A DNA stretch of 63,549 nucleotides, counting the filler, from Octopus bimaculoides (Eukaryota), in the NCBI RefSeq assembly GCF_001194135.2. It is 9 parts of 8 records of this genome, joined end to end, with 100 filler letters (N's around TTAATTAATTAA, not from the genome) between each part and the next. Parts side by side here need not be neighbours in the genome. Positions count along the whole stretch, not along the records: positions 44,615 to 52,875 come from NC_068981.1; positions 52,976 to 55,984 come from NC_069003.1; positions 56,085 to 59,415 come from NW_026372221.1; positions 59,516 to 63,549 come from NC_068982.1; 5 more parts are not named here. One strand, written 5' to 3'. This document shows positions 51,231 through 63,549 of the stretch, one piece after another; within the stretch, counting starts at the first letter, position 1; each line of letters starts with the position of its first letter. The translations under genes and the position numbers were made by a program. Under the pieces are notes generated by a model. That model was not told the DNA's origin, did not search any database, and saw nothing but the letters and a program-made list of their open reading frames with translations.

Positions 51231-51672
51231 TATGCTTTATTAAGGTTGCTCAAGGATTCATCAGGAACAACAATGAGAACAAAATATTAGTCTTTAAATT
51301 TATAAAATTTATATTTTTACCATAGCTATCGGCTCTTCGACACAAATTTGACCGAATTCAGACGAAAAGAAGTAAACCAGGCATAGACTCCTTCCAAAAT
51401 TTTAGGAAATGTTCTACGCGAATGGCCATCACTGTTAAATACATCAATAACAAGATAAGATGTGCAAAATGTCCTTCTCCCGTGCAGGTGGTACGATTTT
51501 TAAGAAATGTGTATGAAGTATGTGTGAAGAAGAAATTAGAAACTTCACAAGGGGGAAAGAGGAGAAGTGATGGGTAAGATGTATTTCAAAGTGACGACAT
51601 ATTATCTTCCTCTGCATTCGTGGTTTGGTGTAGTTTTTGCCACTCCCAGTTTATATGAGTCGTATATATGTA

Positions 51673-52384
51673 CGAGGGAGAGTCAAAAATTATACACACT
51701 CTTGCTTTTTCAATGTATTTACACAAAAGCAGGGGATGAACAAATACGTTGTTTTTCTATAGTCTCCATCCTTTTCGATGCACTTAGTCCAACGGTCCAC
51801 AAGCTTGCGTATTTCCTCCAAGAATAATGTTTTCGGTTAATCGTGCAATCATTTATGCACCGCTTCCTTCGCATCTTCATTCGTAGGTGATCGACGACCT
51901 CGTAAACCCTTTTTGAGCGGTCCAAATATATGACAGTCGGAAGGGGCGAGATCTGGGCTGTAGGCAGGGTGTTCCAGCACCTCAAAACCCAATTGGTTAA
52001 TGGTTTCAACGGTCTGGGCGGCCGTGTGTGGACGTGTATTGTTATGCAACAACAAAACTTTTTTCAACAATAGGCTTCGGCGTTTGGTACGAATTGCTGG
52101 CTTCAGTCTGTTGACCAGTAAAGCACTTTATCTTGCACTGTTGATCGTACACCCTTTTTCCAGATAAAACGCATCTCTGCTCTTAGTTCTTCTTTGGTGC
52201 ACATTGCTAGTGGAGCAGCCATGCTTACACTGTAAAGCCAGAAAGAAAAAAGGCGCGATCAGGCTCAAACTTCGTTCACGTGACCACAATAGTACCAAAT
52301 ATAAGCACGCATGCGCAGAAGGCAGTGTGACAATAATAAAGATATGTTATGGTGAAAGTGCGGATAATTTTTGACTTACCCTCG
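51673..52384 (-). mobile_element. Internally deleted mariner
   Basis: TIRs CGAGGGAGAGTCAAAAATTAT / ATAATTTTTGACTTACCCTCG; LLHNNTRPH...HPAYSPDLAPSDCHIFGPLK. Confidence 0.88.
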
Positions 52385-53193
52385 AATGTATATAGATACA
52401 TGGTGGCACTTATGTAATATAGTATAACATAATATATACTAATATTTGTACATACATACATACATGCCTACATACTCACATACATACATGCATGCATGCA
52501 TGCATGCATGCATACATACATACATACATACATACATACATACATACATACATACATGTAAAAATCTGTAAAACTTTCCAGAAGTTTATCATTTAAATAT
52601 ATATGAGCATATCTAGATATGCAACTACATACATGAGAATACATACATAAAGCATACATACATACATACATACATACATACATACATACATACATACATA
52701 CATGCATACAAACAAACAAAAATACCCTGTTGTTGATGTTAAAACTCCAATGAAGGAGCCTTGGATCTTGGTTAGAAACCGGTTCTTTCTCTATTGGCAA
52801 GAAATCTTGAAATAAACGGAATAGTGGTATATATTTAAAAGTTAATTATAAATTAGCATTATCGTTTGAAGTTTCNNNNNNNNNNNNNNNNNNNNNNNNN
52901 NNNNNNNNNNNNNNNNNNNTTAATTAATTAANNNNNNNNNNNNNNNNNNNNNNNNNNNNNNNNNNNNNNNNNNNNTATATATATATATATATATATTCAT
53001 GTATGATATATATCATATATAAATCATATATCATATATATATATATGTGTGTATATATATTTGTTTATGAATTTACGACTTAACCGGACATATAATCATA
53101 GTGAGTTGAGATTACATATTTAAAATCCGGTAATGTAGAATACTTAACTACGGATATATCTTCTTGTACACGATTTTTCCTGACATCTGCCTG

Positions 53194-53266
<73 letters not shown>

Positions 53267-53484
53267 TGCATGTATATAACATTTTCATGATACATGCAGA
53301 CATACATAGATACACACACTCAGACAGACACATGCAAGCACACACACACATTGCACAGACACCAACAGAAGCATAGACGCGCACACGCGTAAGCTTATAT
53401 ATCAAATAAGAAGAGTTGCTTCAAAGAAGCCAAGTCTCTCTCCTGAATAAACATGCCAATAAGGAAAAGATAAATACACACACT

Positions 53485-53517
<33 letters not shown>

Positions 53518-53539
53518 GAAATAATAATTAAAATAAATA

Positions 53540-53715
53540 AATAATGCCTCCTCAATGATATGACTGTCCCAATCAATATAAACGTATCTGTCAAGACATA
53601 CCAAAAACTGAACAAGTATAAAGATCTTGAAATAGAAATTAGCAAAATGTGGAACCTGAAGTCTAAAACAAAACCTGTTGTCATAGGTGCCCTAGGAATG
53701 AGACCAAAAGGGGCT
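53540..53715 (+). mobile_element. R4/Dong-like LINE RLE-domain fragment
   Basis: CLLNDMTVP...KLNKYKDLEIEISKMWNLK...PVVIGALG. Confidence 0.8.
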
Positions 53716-54634
53716 GATTGTATGTATGTATGTATGCATGTAATTATGCAGGTAAGCAAATTAGATATAAGAAATATATAAAATATAATAAATGTTTATT
53801 ATATTTACTATATTGAATTTGTTTATCTGGATAATTTGCCTTTATATCTGCTCAACTTGATCCCTCTAACAGCCGTTCTTTACCCCGATGAATCGATCCC
53901 CTTTAAAGGCATCGGAGTCTAAGTTTGAATCTTTTGAACACTACATAGTGTCTTTTATATACTGAGAATTTCAGGATCTCATGTGTTGACTGTATGCATG
54001 TATGTATGTATGTATGTATGTATGTATATGTATGTATGTATGTATGTATGTATGCATGTATGTATGCATGTATGCATGCATGTATGTATGTATGTATGTG
54101 TGTATGTGTGTATGTATGTAAGTATGTATGTAAATATATGTATGTATGTATGCATGTATGCGTGTATGCATGTATATATGTATGTGTGTATGTATGTATG
54201 TATGCATGTATGTATTATGTATGCATGTATGTATGTATACTAAGTGAGACTGTAAGCGAGCGAACGAGAGCAGTAATTGCTTGTAATTACCATTAACATT
54301 GCGATTCTTGTATTAAGGCTATTTCTATAGAAAACGGTAATCTGAATGCAATTGATCTAGAGAATAACTCTGCAAATGATTGAAACCAAGAAGAGAAATT
54401 AAAAGACCCAAAGGCTCAAAGCAGCATGAATTAAATCCTGATCCCTTTTAAAAGATTTACAGTAATTAATGGCAAAATCTATATTCAGTGCATGAGTGAA
54501 GAAATTTTATTCAATTCACTTCACTCGTGAATCGTTCTGGAAAATACTTGAATCTCCCAAATTAACAAACTACAGCCTTAGAACATGCGAATTTTTATAC
54601 ACTGTTAGAATGAAATCTGGTGGCGTAATAGATA

Positions 54635-54855
54635 TTGTTTTCTACTCTAGGCACAAGGCCCGAAAATTTTGGAGAGGGGGGTGGTCTGTCGATTAGATCG
54701 ACCCCAGTATCTAACTAGTACTTAATTTATCGACCCCCGAAAGAATGAAAGGCAAAGTCGACCTCGGGGGAATTTGAACTCAGAATGTAAAGACTGACGA
54801 AATACCGCTAAGCATTTCGCCCGGCGTGCTAACGTTTCTGCCAGCTCGCCGCCTT
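54635..54855 (-). mobile_element. SINE family A, near consensus
   Basis: Ends CTGCCAGCTCGCCGCC. Confidence 0.85.
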
Positions 54856-55670
54856 GGGTGTAATAGAAATTCATGATGCATGTAGTTCCCATAATGGGCT
54901 GAAATAAACTAAGTACATCTACTAAAAATTATATATATATATACTGACGTCCGTGATGCATAACTTAACATGTAATGTATGTGATGAATCTTACATCAGG
55001 AACACTATTAGCACATTACATATAGAAAATATTACAAATGCTTCCTCTATAAAAGCAAAATCCCCCTGGAAATACGCTATAACTAGGATATTACAGTCAT
55101 TGATAAAGCCATAGAACGAAATGTTGTACATTTAAGTAGGCACAAGTTCAAATACCGCCGAGGTCCACTTTTCATTTTCTCCTTTCGGATTAAAAAAAAA
55201 GTATATACCAGTAAAATACAGAGGTCGATATAATCTACTACACACCTCCCCTTAAAGCTGCAGGTCCTGGGCCAGGATTTAGAATTATTAATAAACTGAA
55301 TCGGTTCACCAAAATCTCACAATAAGCGTGCGAAGCTCTTTCACTATTTTCACACCAACATTTTGCTCTGCTCATGTAGCAGTCTTCTTTGCTCCGTGAT
55401 CGTGTTAGATAAACTAACTGCTTCGTTACTTTTCATCTGCGCGGAATAGAGTTGGTCCAACCTTCACCTTTCTCCTGATAAAGGGTCTTACATAACCAAA
55501 ATACTGATATATGAAGTGCAAAGCCATTGTAGTTGCTCAGTATGAAATGTAAAGTAGAGGCTATTGTTGCTACTTTCACTTTAGATTCGCTTTTGTTTTC
55601 ACTGTTGTATGTCCCGCTTGCATTGTAGTGGCTTTCAGAAAATCTTTAATCTTTAATCTATCTATCTATC

Positions 55671-55747
<77 letters not shown>

Positions 55748-56099
55748 ACCTAGAGATAGATTTTAAGATAGATATATAGATAGATAAATAATTATAATAT
55801 ATTACATATATTTTTGTATTCGCATTTATACGTATATATACACATACACATACATATACATACAGTTATATCTACGTGCGTATACATATAAATATACATA
55901 TTCACATATATATATATATATACCCACACACACACATATATTCACATATACACATACATATACAAATCTATACATATTGTGTAGNNNNNNNNNNNNNNNN
56001 NNNNNNNNNNNNNNNNNNNNNNNNNNNNTTAATTAATTAANNNNNNNNNNNNNNNNNNNNNNNNNNNNNNNNNNNNNNNNNNNNTATATATGCGTATAA

Positions 56100-58020
56100 G
56101 AAGGGATGACCACTAGGTGGACATCCAATATGCTTGTGGACATGCCGACTGGCCCTCTTCTCTCTTTCACTCTAATCATCATCCGGAATTTTGCTTGCAC
56201 CAGACTGTGGTCTGTCCAGTATTCCGATCCATGAAAGAACTTGACATTACAAATGTCATGGATGTCACGCTTGTGGATGATGACATAATCCAGCAAGTGC
56301 CAAACTTTAGACCTCGGATGCATCCACGTTATTGTGTGATCCCCTTTGTGCATATAATGAATGCTTGCAATGTAAAGTCCACCTTCATTGCAAAACTCCA
56401 GCAGCATGAGACCATTGCTATTCATTTTCCCTACACCAGAACGTCCTTAAGAGTTCCATGTTTTCCAGTCTGTCCCAACCCTGGCATTGAAATCCCCCAG
56501 TANNNNNNNNNNNNNNNNNNNNNNNNNNNNNNNNNNNNNNNNNNNNNNNNNNNNNNNNNNNNNNNNNNNNNNNNNNNNNNNNNNNNNNNNNNNNNNNNNN
56601 NNNNNNNNNNNNNNNNNNNNNNNNNNNNNNNNNNNNNNNNNNNNNNNNNNNNNNNNNNNNNNNNNNNNNNNNNNNNNNNNNNNNNNNNNNNNNNNNNNNN
56701 NNNNNNNNNNNNNNNNNNNNNNNNNNNNNNNNNNNNNNNNNNNNNNNNNNNNNNNNNNNNNNNNNNNNNNNNNNNNNNNNNNNNNNNNNNNNNNNNNNNN
56801 NNNNNNNNNNNNNNNNNNNNNNNNNNNNNNNNNNNNNNNNNNNNNNNNNNNNNNNNNNNNNNNNNNNNNNNNNNNNNNNNNNNNNNNNNNNNNNNNNNNN
56901 NNNNNNNNNNNNNNNNNNNNNNNNNNNNNNNNNNNNNNNNNNNNNNNNNNNNNNNNNNNNNNNNNNNNNNNNNNNNNNNNNNNNNNNNNNNNNNNNNNNN
57001 NNNNNNNNNNNNNNNNNNNNNNNNNNNNNNNNNNNNNNNNNNNNNNNNNNNNNNNNNNNNNNNNNNNNNNNNNNNNNNNNNNNNNNNNNNNNNNNNNNNN
57101 NNNNNNNNNNNNNNNNNNNNNNNNNNNNNNNNNNNNNNNNNNNNNNNNNNNNNNNNNNNNNNNNNNNNNNNNNNNNNNNNNNNNNNNNNNNNNNNNNNNN
57201 NNNNNNNNNNNNNNNNNNNNNNNNNNNNNNNNNNNNNNNNNNNNNNNNNNNNNNNNNNNNNNNNNNNNNNNNNNNNNNNNNNNNNNNNNNNNNNNNNNNN
57301 NNNNNNNNNNNNNNNNNNNNNNNNNNNNNNNNNNNNNNNNNNNNNNNNNNNNNNNNNNNNNNNNNNNNNNNNNNNNNNNNNNNNNNNNNNNNNNNNNNAA
57401 CCCGTCAGGTCTACATTCTTCACCACCTCCCCATCTTCCGAATAAAAATAAAGTAAATATATGCTAAAAATAAATAAATATATACTAAAAATAAAGATAC
57501 ATATATACTGAAAATAAAACAAATATATATAGGAAAAGAAAAAACCAGCACATATTGAGCAGAGGTCAGCAATGCCTGTGCAGAGTTTTAGGTGCAATAA
57601 GGCTTGCACGACACCTCATAGAACCTCTCCACTCTATTGACATTATCCAGAGACAAGCCAGAGCAAGATGTCTGGTGCCAATATGAGTCGCAGGCTCAGG
57701 GGTATGGGAGTACCATAATATCTAGTACAGACTAAAGATCCTCTAAATGTCCAATGCCATTCCCTGCATATCTGGTTTTATATCAGAGTGACCTTCTCCT
57801 CGAGACATGCTTCAACAGAAATTTCTACGTACCTGTGCTATTGCTAGATAGCCGTTGAGCCTGCACTAGGTTCATCCGACCTTTCACCAAGTCTTGTTTT
57901 TAATCCTGCTGGGTTTCTAGCAACCCTCCTCACCAGGGTAGCTGGTTTAGCCGCCGACAACCCGAGCATGCAACAGGTTGTACTGGATTCCATGTTACCA
58001 GTAGCACTTATGAGAGCCTC
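56100..58020 (-). mobile_element. RTE-clade LINE 5' part (AP-endonuclease domain) spanning a gap
   Basis: GKMNSNGLMLLEFC...TWMHPRSKVWHLLDYVI...WTDHSLV at 56100-56500. The link to 57400-58020 is weaker (RASLIA motif, GC-richer putative 5' region). Confidence 0.75.
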
Positions 58021-58196
58021 ATAAGTGACATGACATAACATACATACATACATGCATACATACATACATTCATACATACATATATGCATCCACGCATACA
58101 TACGTACATATACACACACATACATACATACATGCATGCATACATACATGCATGCATGCATACATACATACATACATACAAACATACATACATACA

Positions 58197-59128
58197 TACA
58201 AGGATGTTTGAGACTTTTTAAAAAGAGGCAGTTATAACTGTCCTAGATTGTTGTAATTTTAGTACATCATTACTATACATCTAATAAGCTGACCTGCCAA
58301 CTTTTGTTATTCCAGATTGAATTGTAACAATTTGGAAGCTCGCTATGCAATAAAGCTTTGTATTAAACTGATAGAAATGCGACAGAAACTTATGAATTTC
58401 TCTAAATTGCTTATGAATTAACTTGTATTTACCGAGCATCTGTTTTTCGTTGGCACAGAAGTTTCAAGAACGGTAGAGAGTCGGTGAAAGACAATGAGAG
58501 AGGCGGTAAAAGACAATGAGAGAGGCGGTGAAAGACAATGAGAGGTGCGGTAAGGGGAACTTCAGAATACCAGAGCTCTTTGAGAAAATTCGCAATTTTC
58601 TGGATGAATACCGTTGTGTGTCTGCAAAGACAATAAGCATACAGTTTGGAGTTGGGGTTGCTAGATGGTCAACATAGAGTACTTTGTGGAGATTTTGAGG
58701 GAATTCAGGAAGAGATTTAGTTGTAAAAGGTCAGAGCCCTTCCATTCAGGTTGGTGTAATCTGTACCAGGACATTGCACCAGTCCACAATTCCATCTTGG
58801 TGATCAACTACTTGACAGAGACGGACATCAAAACTGTCCTTCGTCCTCCCTACACTCCAGAACTAGCTCCCGGTGTCATTTAATTGCTTGTCAAGATGGA
58901 GAACCTTAGGGGCAGTCGTTTTGAAGATATTGAGATGAAAGAGGTTGTGACAAGGGTTCTGGACATCTTCACTTTAGACTTCCAAGGGACCTTCACAACG
59001 TGACTGAAGTGCTAAAAGTGTATTGAAGTCAGAAGATCCTACTTTGAAGGAGATTATTGTTTTGTATTTCTTTGAAATTGATAAATGCCTTTCCTGAAAC
59101 AATCTTAAAATTCCTGGAATACACTTTG
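58197..59128 (+). mobile_element. Internally deleted mariner with internal 20-bp tandem repeat
   Basis: LYQDIAPVHNSILVINYLT...PPYTPELAP; homologous to 50017-51230 in the opposite orientation. Confidence 0.78.
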
Positions 59129-59515
59129 TTCACACATTCATACATACATTCATATCTTTTCTCAGGCCAAAAATGCTGAATTGATGGGTAATGCGGCTGA
59201 AGAATAATCCTAGGTGGATATAACAGCTGGTTAAGCGAAAAGAGATCTTGAAAGGCTTGAAAGGGCTTGGATTCCATTGGAAAGGTAGGCAAAATTTCGC
59301 CAGTTTCTTCTGCTTACATACAGCAAGCAATATCATTTGTGTTTTTAATTTCTTCTGCTTACGTCATAAAAATTTAGAAACTTCAAGAGACAGAAAATGA
59401 ATAGTTGCTTCCCAANNNNNNNNNNNNNNNNNNNNNNNNNNNNNNNNNNNNNNNNNNNNTTAATTAATTAANNNNNNNNNNNNNNNNNNNNNNNNNNNNN
59501 NNNNNNNNNNNNNNN

Positions 59516-59765
59516 CTATGTAAATGAGATGATTTATATTTTTATCAAATATTTTATAACCATACTGTGCATCATTGAGCAATTTTGAAAGCGGTATTGG
59601 GGCTAGACAGAAGATGAGTGGTGATAGTGAGTCACCCTGGAAAATGCCACATGAAATTCTTACATCTCCAGCATTTAGAGATTCATTGTCATTGTTCAAC
59701 GTCAGTGTGGTTCTCCATGATCTCATACTTACAGATTAAAAAGTTTCGCAGAGTAGGAGCTATTT
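59516..59765 (-). mobile_element. R4/Dong-like LINE RT fragment
   Basis: GIFQGDSLSPLIFCLAPIPLSKLLN..YGY..INHL; the 5' junction abuts (AAT)n. Confidence 0.85.
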
Positions 59766-59770
59766 TATAC

Positions 59771-59885
<115 letters not shown>

Positions 59886-59912
59886 ATATATATATATAGT
59901 GGATACAAATAT

Positions 59913-62284
59913 CGAACCAACGCACGTACGTACGTACGAACAAACGAACAAACGAATGAATGAACGTACGTATGTACGTAAGTAAGTACGTACGAACGAA
60001 CGAACAAACGAATGCACGAACAAACGAACGAACCAACGAAAGAAGAGACAAATGAACGAACGAACGTACATACGTACATACGAACGAACGTACATATGTT
60101 CATACGAACGTACGTACTACATACGAACGAACAAACGAACGCATGCACGTACGTACGAACGAACGAACGCACGTACGTACGTACGTACGTAAGTACGAAC
60201 GAATTACGAAGCGAAGGAACGAACGAACGAATGAAGGAATGATCGAACGAACGAACGTACCTTGCATCCGTACGTACAAAAGAACGAACGAACGAACGAA
60301 AGACCGTACGTACGTACGAACGAACGAACGAACTAACAAAAGAACGAACGAACGAACGAACGAAAGAACGAACGAGCGAACGAACGAACATACGTACGTC
60401 CGTACGAACGCACGAACGACTGAACGAAAGGATGAACGAACGAAATAACAATTTAAACGAAAGAATGAACGAAAGAACGAACGAGCGAACGAACGAATGT
60501 ACGTACGTCCGTACGTAAGAACGAACGAACCAACGAAAGAATGAAGGAATGAACGAACGAATGAACGTACGTACGTACGTACATACGAACGAACGAACGC
60601 ACGCACGCACATACGTACGAACGAACGAACGAACATACGAACGAACGAAAGAAAGAACAAACGAACGAACGAAAGAACGAAAGAACGACCGTACGTACGT
60701 TCGAACGAACGAATGCACGTACATACGTACGATGAACGAACGAATGTACGTACGTACGTACGAAGAAACGAACGAACGAACGGACGAACGAACGGTCGAA
60801 CGAATGAAGGAATGAACGGACGAATGTACGCAAATACGTACGTAACTAAGAACACACGAACGAACGAAAGAACGAACGTACTTAAGAACGAACGTACGAA
60901 CGAATGAACTATCGAACGAACGAACTCACGTACGTACGTACCTACGAACGAACGAACTAACGATCAAAAGAACGAACGAACGGACGAAAGTACAAACTAA
61001 CGAACGAAATTACGTACGTACGAACGAAGGTACGTACATACGAACGAAGGAACGAAAGAACGTACGTACGTACGTACGTACGAATGAACGAACGAACGAA
61101 CGAAAGAACCAACGAATAAACGAACAAAAGAACGATCGAATGAACGAACGAACGAATAAATGAACGAATGAACGTACGTACGAACGAACAAAAGAACGAA
61201 TATACGTACGTACGTACGAATGAACGAACGAACAAACGAACGTACGTACGTAAGAACGAACGAACAAACGAACGAACGAACGAACGAACGACCGAACGAT
61301 CAAACGAACGAACGTACCTTACATTCGTATGTACGAACGAAGGAACGAAGGCACGTATGTATGTACGTACGTAAAAACGAACGAATGAACGATCGAATGA
61401 AAGAACGAACGAACGACCGTACGTACGTACGAACGAACGAACGAAAGAACGATAGAACGAACGATCGAACGAACGATCGAAAGAGCGAACGAGTGAACGA
61501 ACGAACGTACGTATGTCCGAACAAACGAACGAACGAACGAACGACCGACCGAACGAACGTAAGGACGAACGATCGTACGTACGTACGTATAAACGTAGGC
61601 GCGAAATATCGAACGAAGGTACGTACGTACGAACGAAGGAACGAAAGAACGATAGAACGGAAGAACGAACGTGCGTACGTACGTACGAACGACCGAAAGA
61701 AACAATGAACGTACGTACGTACGTACGAACGAACGAACGATCGAACGAAACAAACAAACGAACAAATGAACGAACGAACGAAAGAAAGAACGAACGAACG
61801 AATGAAAAAACGAACGAAGGAACGAATGAACGAACAATAGATCGATCGAACTAACGAACGAACGTACGTACGAACGAAAAAACGAACGTACGTACGAATG
61901 AACGAACGAATGAACGAACGTACGTAAGAACGAACGAGCGAACGAACGAACGACCGAACGAACGAACGAAGGGACGAACGTACGTACGTACGAACGAATT
62001 ATCGAACGAACGAACGAACGAACGAACGAACGAACGAACGAACGTACGTACGTACGTATGTACGTAGACATGAAATATCGAACGAACGTACGTTCGGACG
62101 AACGAACGAATGAAAGAACGAACGAACGAACGAACGAAAGAACGAACGACGAACGAACGAACGAAAGAACGAACGAGCGAACGAACGAACGAACGTACGT
62201 ACGTAAGAACGAACGAACCAACGAACCAACGAAAGAATGAACGAACGAACGAACGTACGTACGTACATACGAAAAAACGAACGA
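59913..62284. repeat. 2.4-kb CpG-rich (GAAC)n array interspersed with palindromic (GTAC)n runs
   Basis: Direct reading; strand-asymmetric, with T almost confined to GTAC/GAAT units on the + strand. Confidence 0.95.
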
Positions 62285-62536
62285 GATCTTATTGAAACCT
62301 AATCAAATAACGTAATTAACAAAGCCATTAACCAAACATACTTTTTAATTTTACATCTTCAAAGGAAATCCTTAGTTAGGTTGCACTTCTGAGGTGAACG
62401 TTTTCTTTGGGGAATTCTGGCGGACTTTCTTATGAGAAAATCCTGAGTTAGCAAGACAAGATCACGAAGTGTGCTGTTCTCCATGCGACATATTCAAAGA
62501 GATGAAGACAGAAAAAGGGAAGGTAAATAAAAAATA

Positions 62537-62611
62537 TCATCATCATCATCATCGTCGTCATCGTCGTTGTCATCATCATGATCATGATCACCACCATACC
62601 ATCACCATCAC

Positions 62612-62645
<34 letters not shown>

Positions 62646-62673
62646 TTCATCATCATCGTCGTGGTCGTCGTCG

Positions 62674-62707
<34 letters not shown>

Positions 62708-62710
62708 TAT
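62537..62710. repeat. (CAT)n / (CGT)n / (CAC)n microsatellite
   Basis: Direct reading. Confidence 0.95.
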
Positions 62711-63394
62711 CAGTTATGCATAAGAAAATATTCTGATCAAGTATAAAGGAAAAAACTATGAAAATAGCCGAGAAAAAACTTTCAAGCGTTCATTATTAGT
62801 TGCATTACAGAATCTCAACGATCTACCACAACTACCGAACCTCTTCCATCACTTGATACGCCAGCTGCAATAACAATACAACGAACAATACAGACTAGAG
62901 AGTCTACGACAAAACTATCACTACAAACAAACAGCAACAACCAGCGCAAATATGTCACTAACAGCAACATGAACGATATCAACAACTAAAACCTTATCAT
63001 ACCAGCACAGTGACTCCTTCGAGGTCTCTACTATTCAAATCACACCAACTGAGAACCATCCCCATCAAAAGTAAATGTCATCAGAAGCCTCTATGCCAGT
63101 GGTTCCCAAGCCTTTTCAGGCGGCCGCTCCCTTCATACTCGAGCGACATCCCTAGCGCCTCCCCCACCCCTCATCACCTCAAACGTTCACCACTTTCTAC
63201 AGCACATTCAAAACAAAAAAGTCTTTCACATATAAAACTTAACTTTATTAAACCATTATTTTGACATGGTTGATCATGGGCTGAACAGTTCCATGACTTC
63301 TTAAAAGACAGAAGTCACGGAAAATATAAAAAAATGTAAGCATCTGGCAATTGTGTGCTGGTGTCATAGGAAATGTTACTATATTGTGACAGTT

Positions 63395-63549
63395 AAAGGC
63401 GGCGAGCTGGCCGAGTGGTTAGCACGCCGGGCGAAATGCTTAGCAGTATTTCGTCTGGCTTTATGTTCAAATTCTGCCGAGGTCGACTTCGCGTTTAATC
63501 ATTCCGTGGTGGATATATAAAGTACCAGTTGCATTCTGGGGTCGATCTA
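63395..63549 (+). mobile_element. SINE family A, cut by window end
   Basis: GGCGGCGAGCTGGCCGAGTGGTTAGCACGCCGGGCG head and GCCGAGGTCGAC core. Confidence 0.85.

Overview
Repeat-rich, AT-rich eukaryotic DNA with many assembly gaps. The SINE families and microsatellite load point to an octopod cephalopod, possibly the Octopus bimaculoides assembly; this is inferred, not shown. The only host coding sequence I can support is the terminal exon of an M13 (neprilysin/ECE-like) metallopeptidase at 416-515 (+), which is too short for the ORF track. The rest is mostly transposon debris: several mariner families, a pogo remnant, hAT-, piggyBac- and Merlin-like MITEs, RTE, R4/Dong-like and Tx1-like LINEs, a Penelope element and four or more tRNA-derived SINE families. 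Most interesting are (i) three hammerhead-ribozyme motifs, one with an intact core and palindromic helix III at 23016-23068; (ii) a CpG-rich 60-bp satellite built from two hairpins per unit, a related 2.4-kb GAAC/GTAC array, and a TTAGGG tract between them; (iii) a train of six SINEs inserted into each other's (ATT)n tails and a SINE tail shared with a Tx1-like LINE; (iv) long inverted repeats just downstream of the peptidase stop codon. Most ORFs in the track are artefacts of simple repeats or N gaps. All alignments and folds were done by eye.
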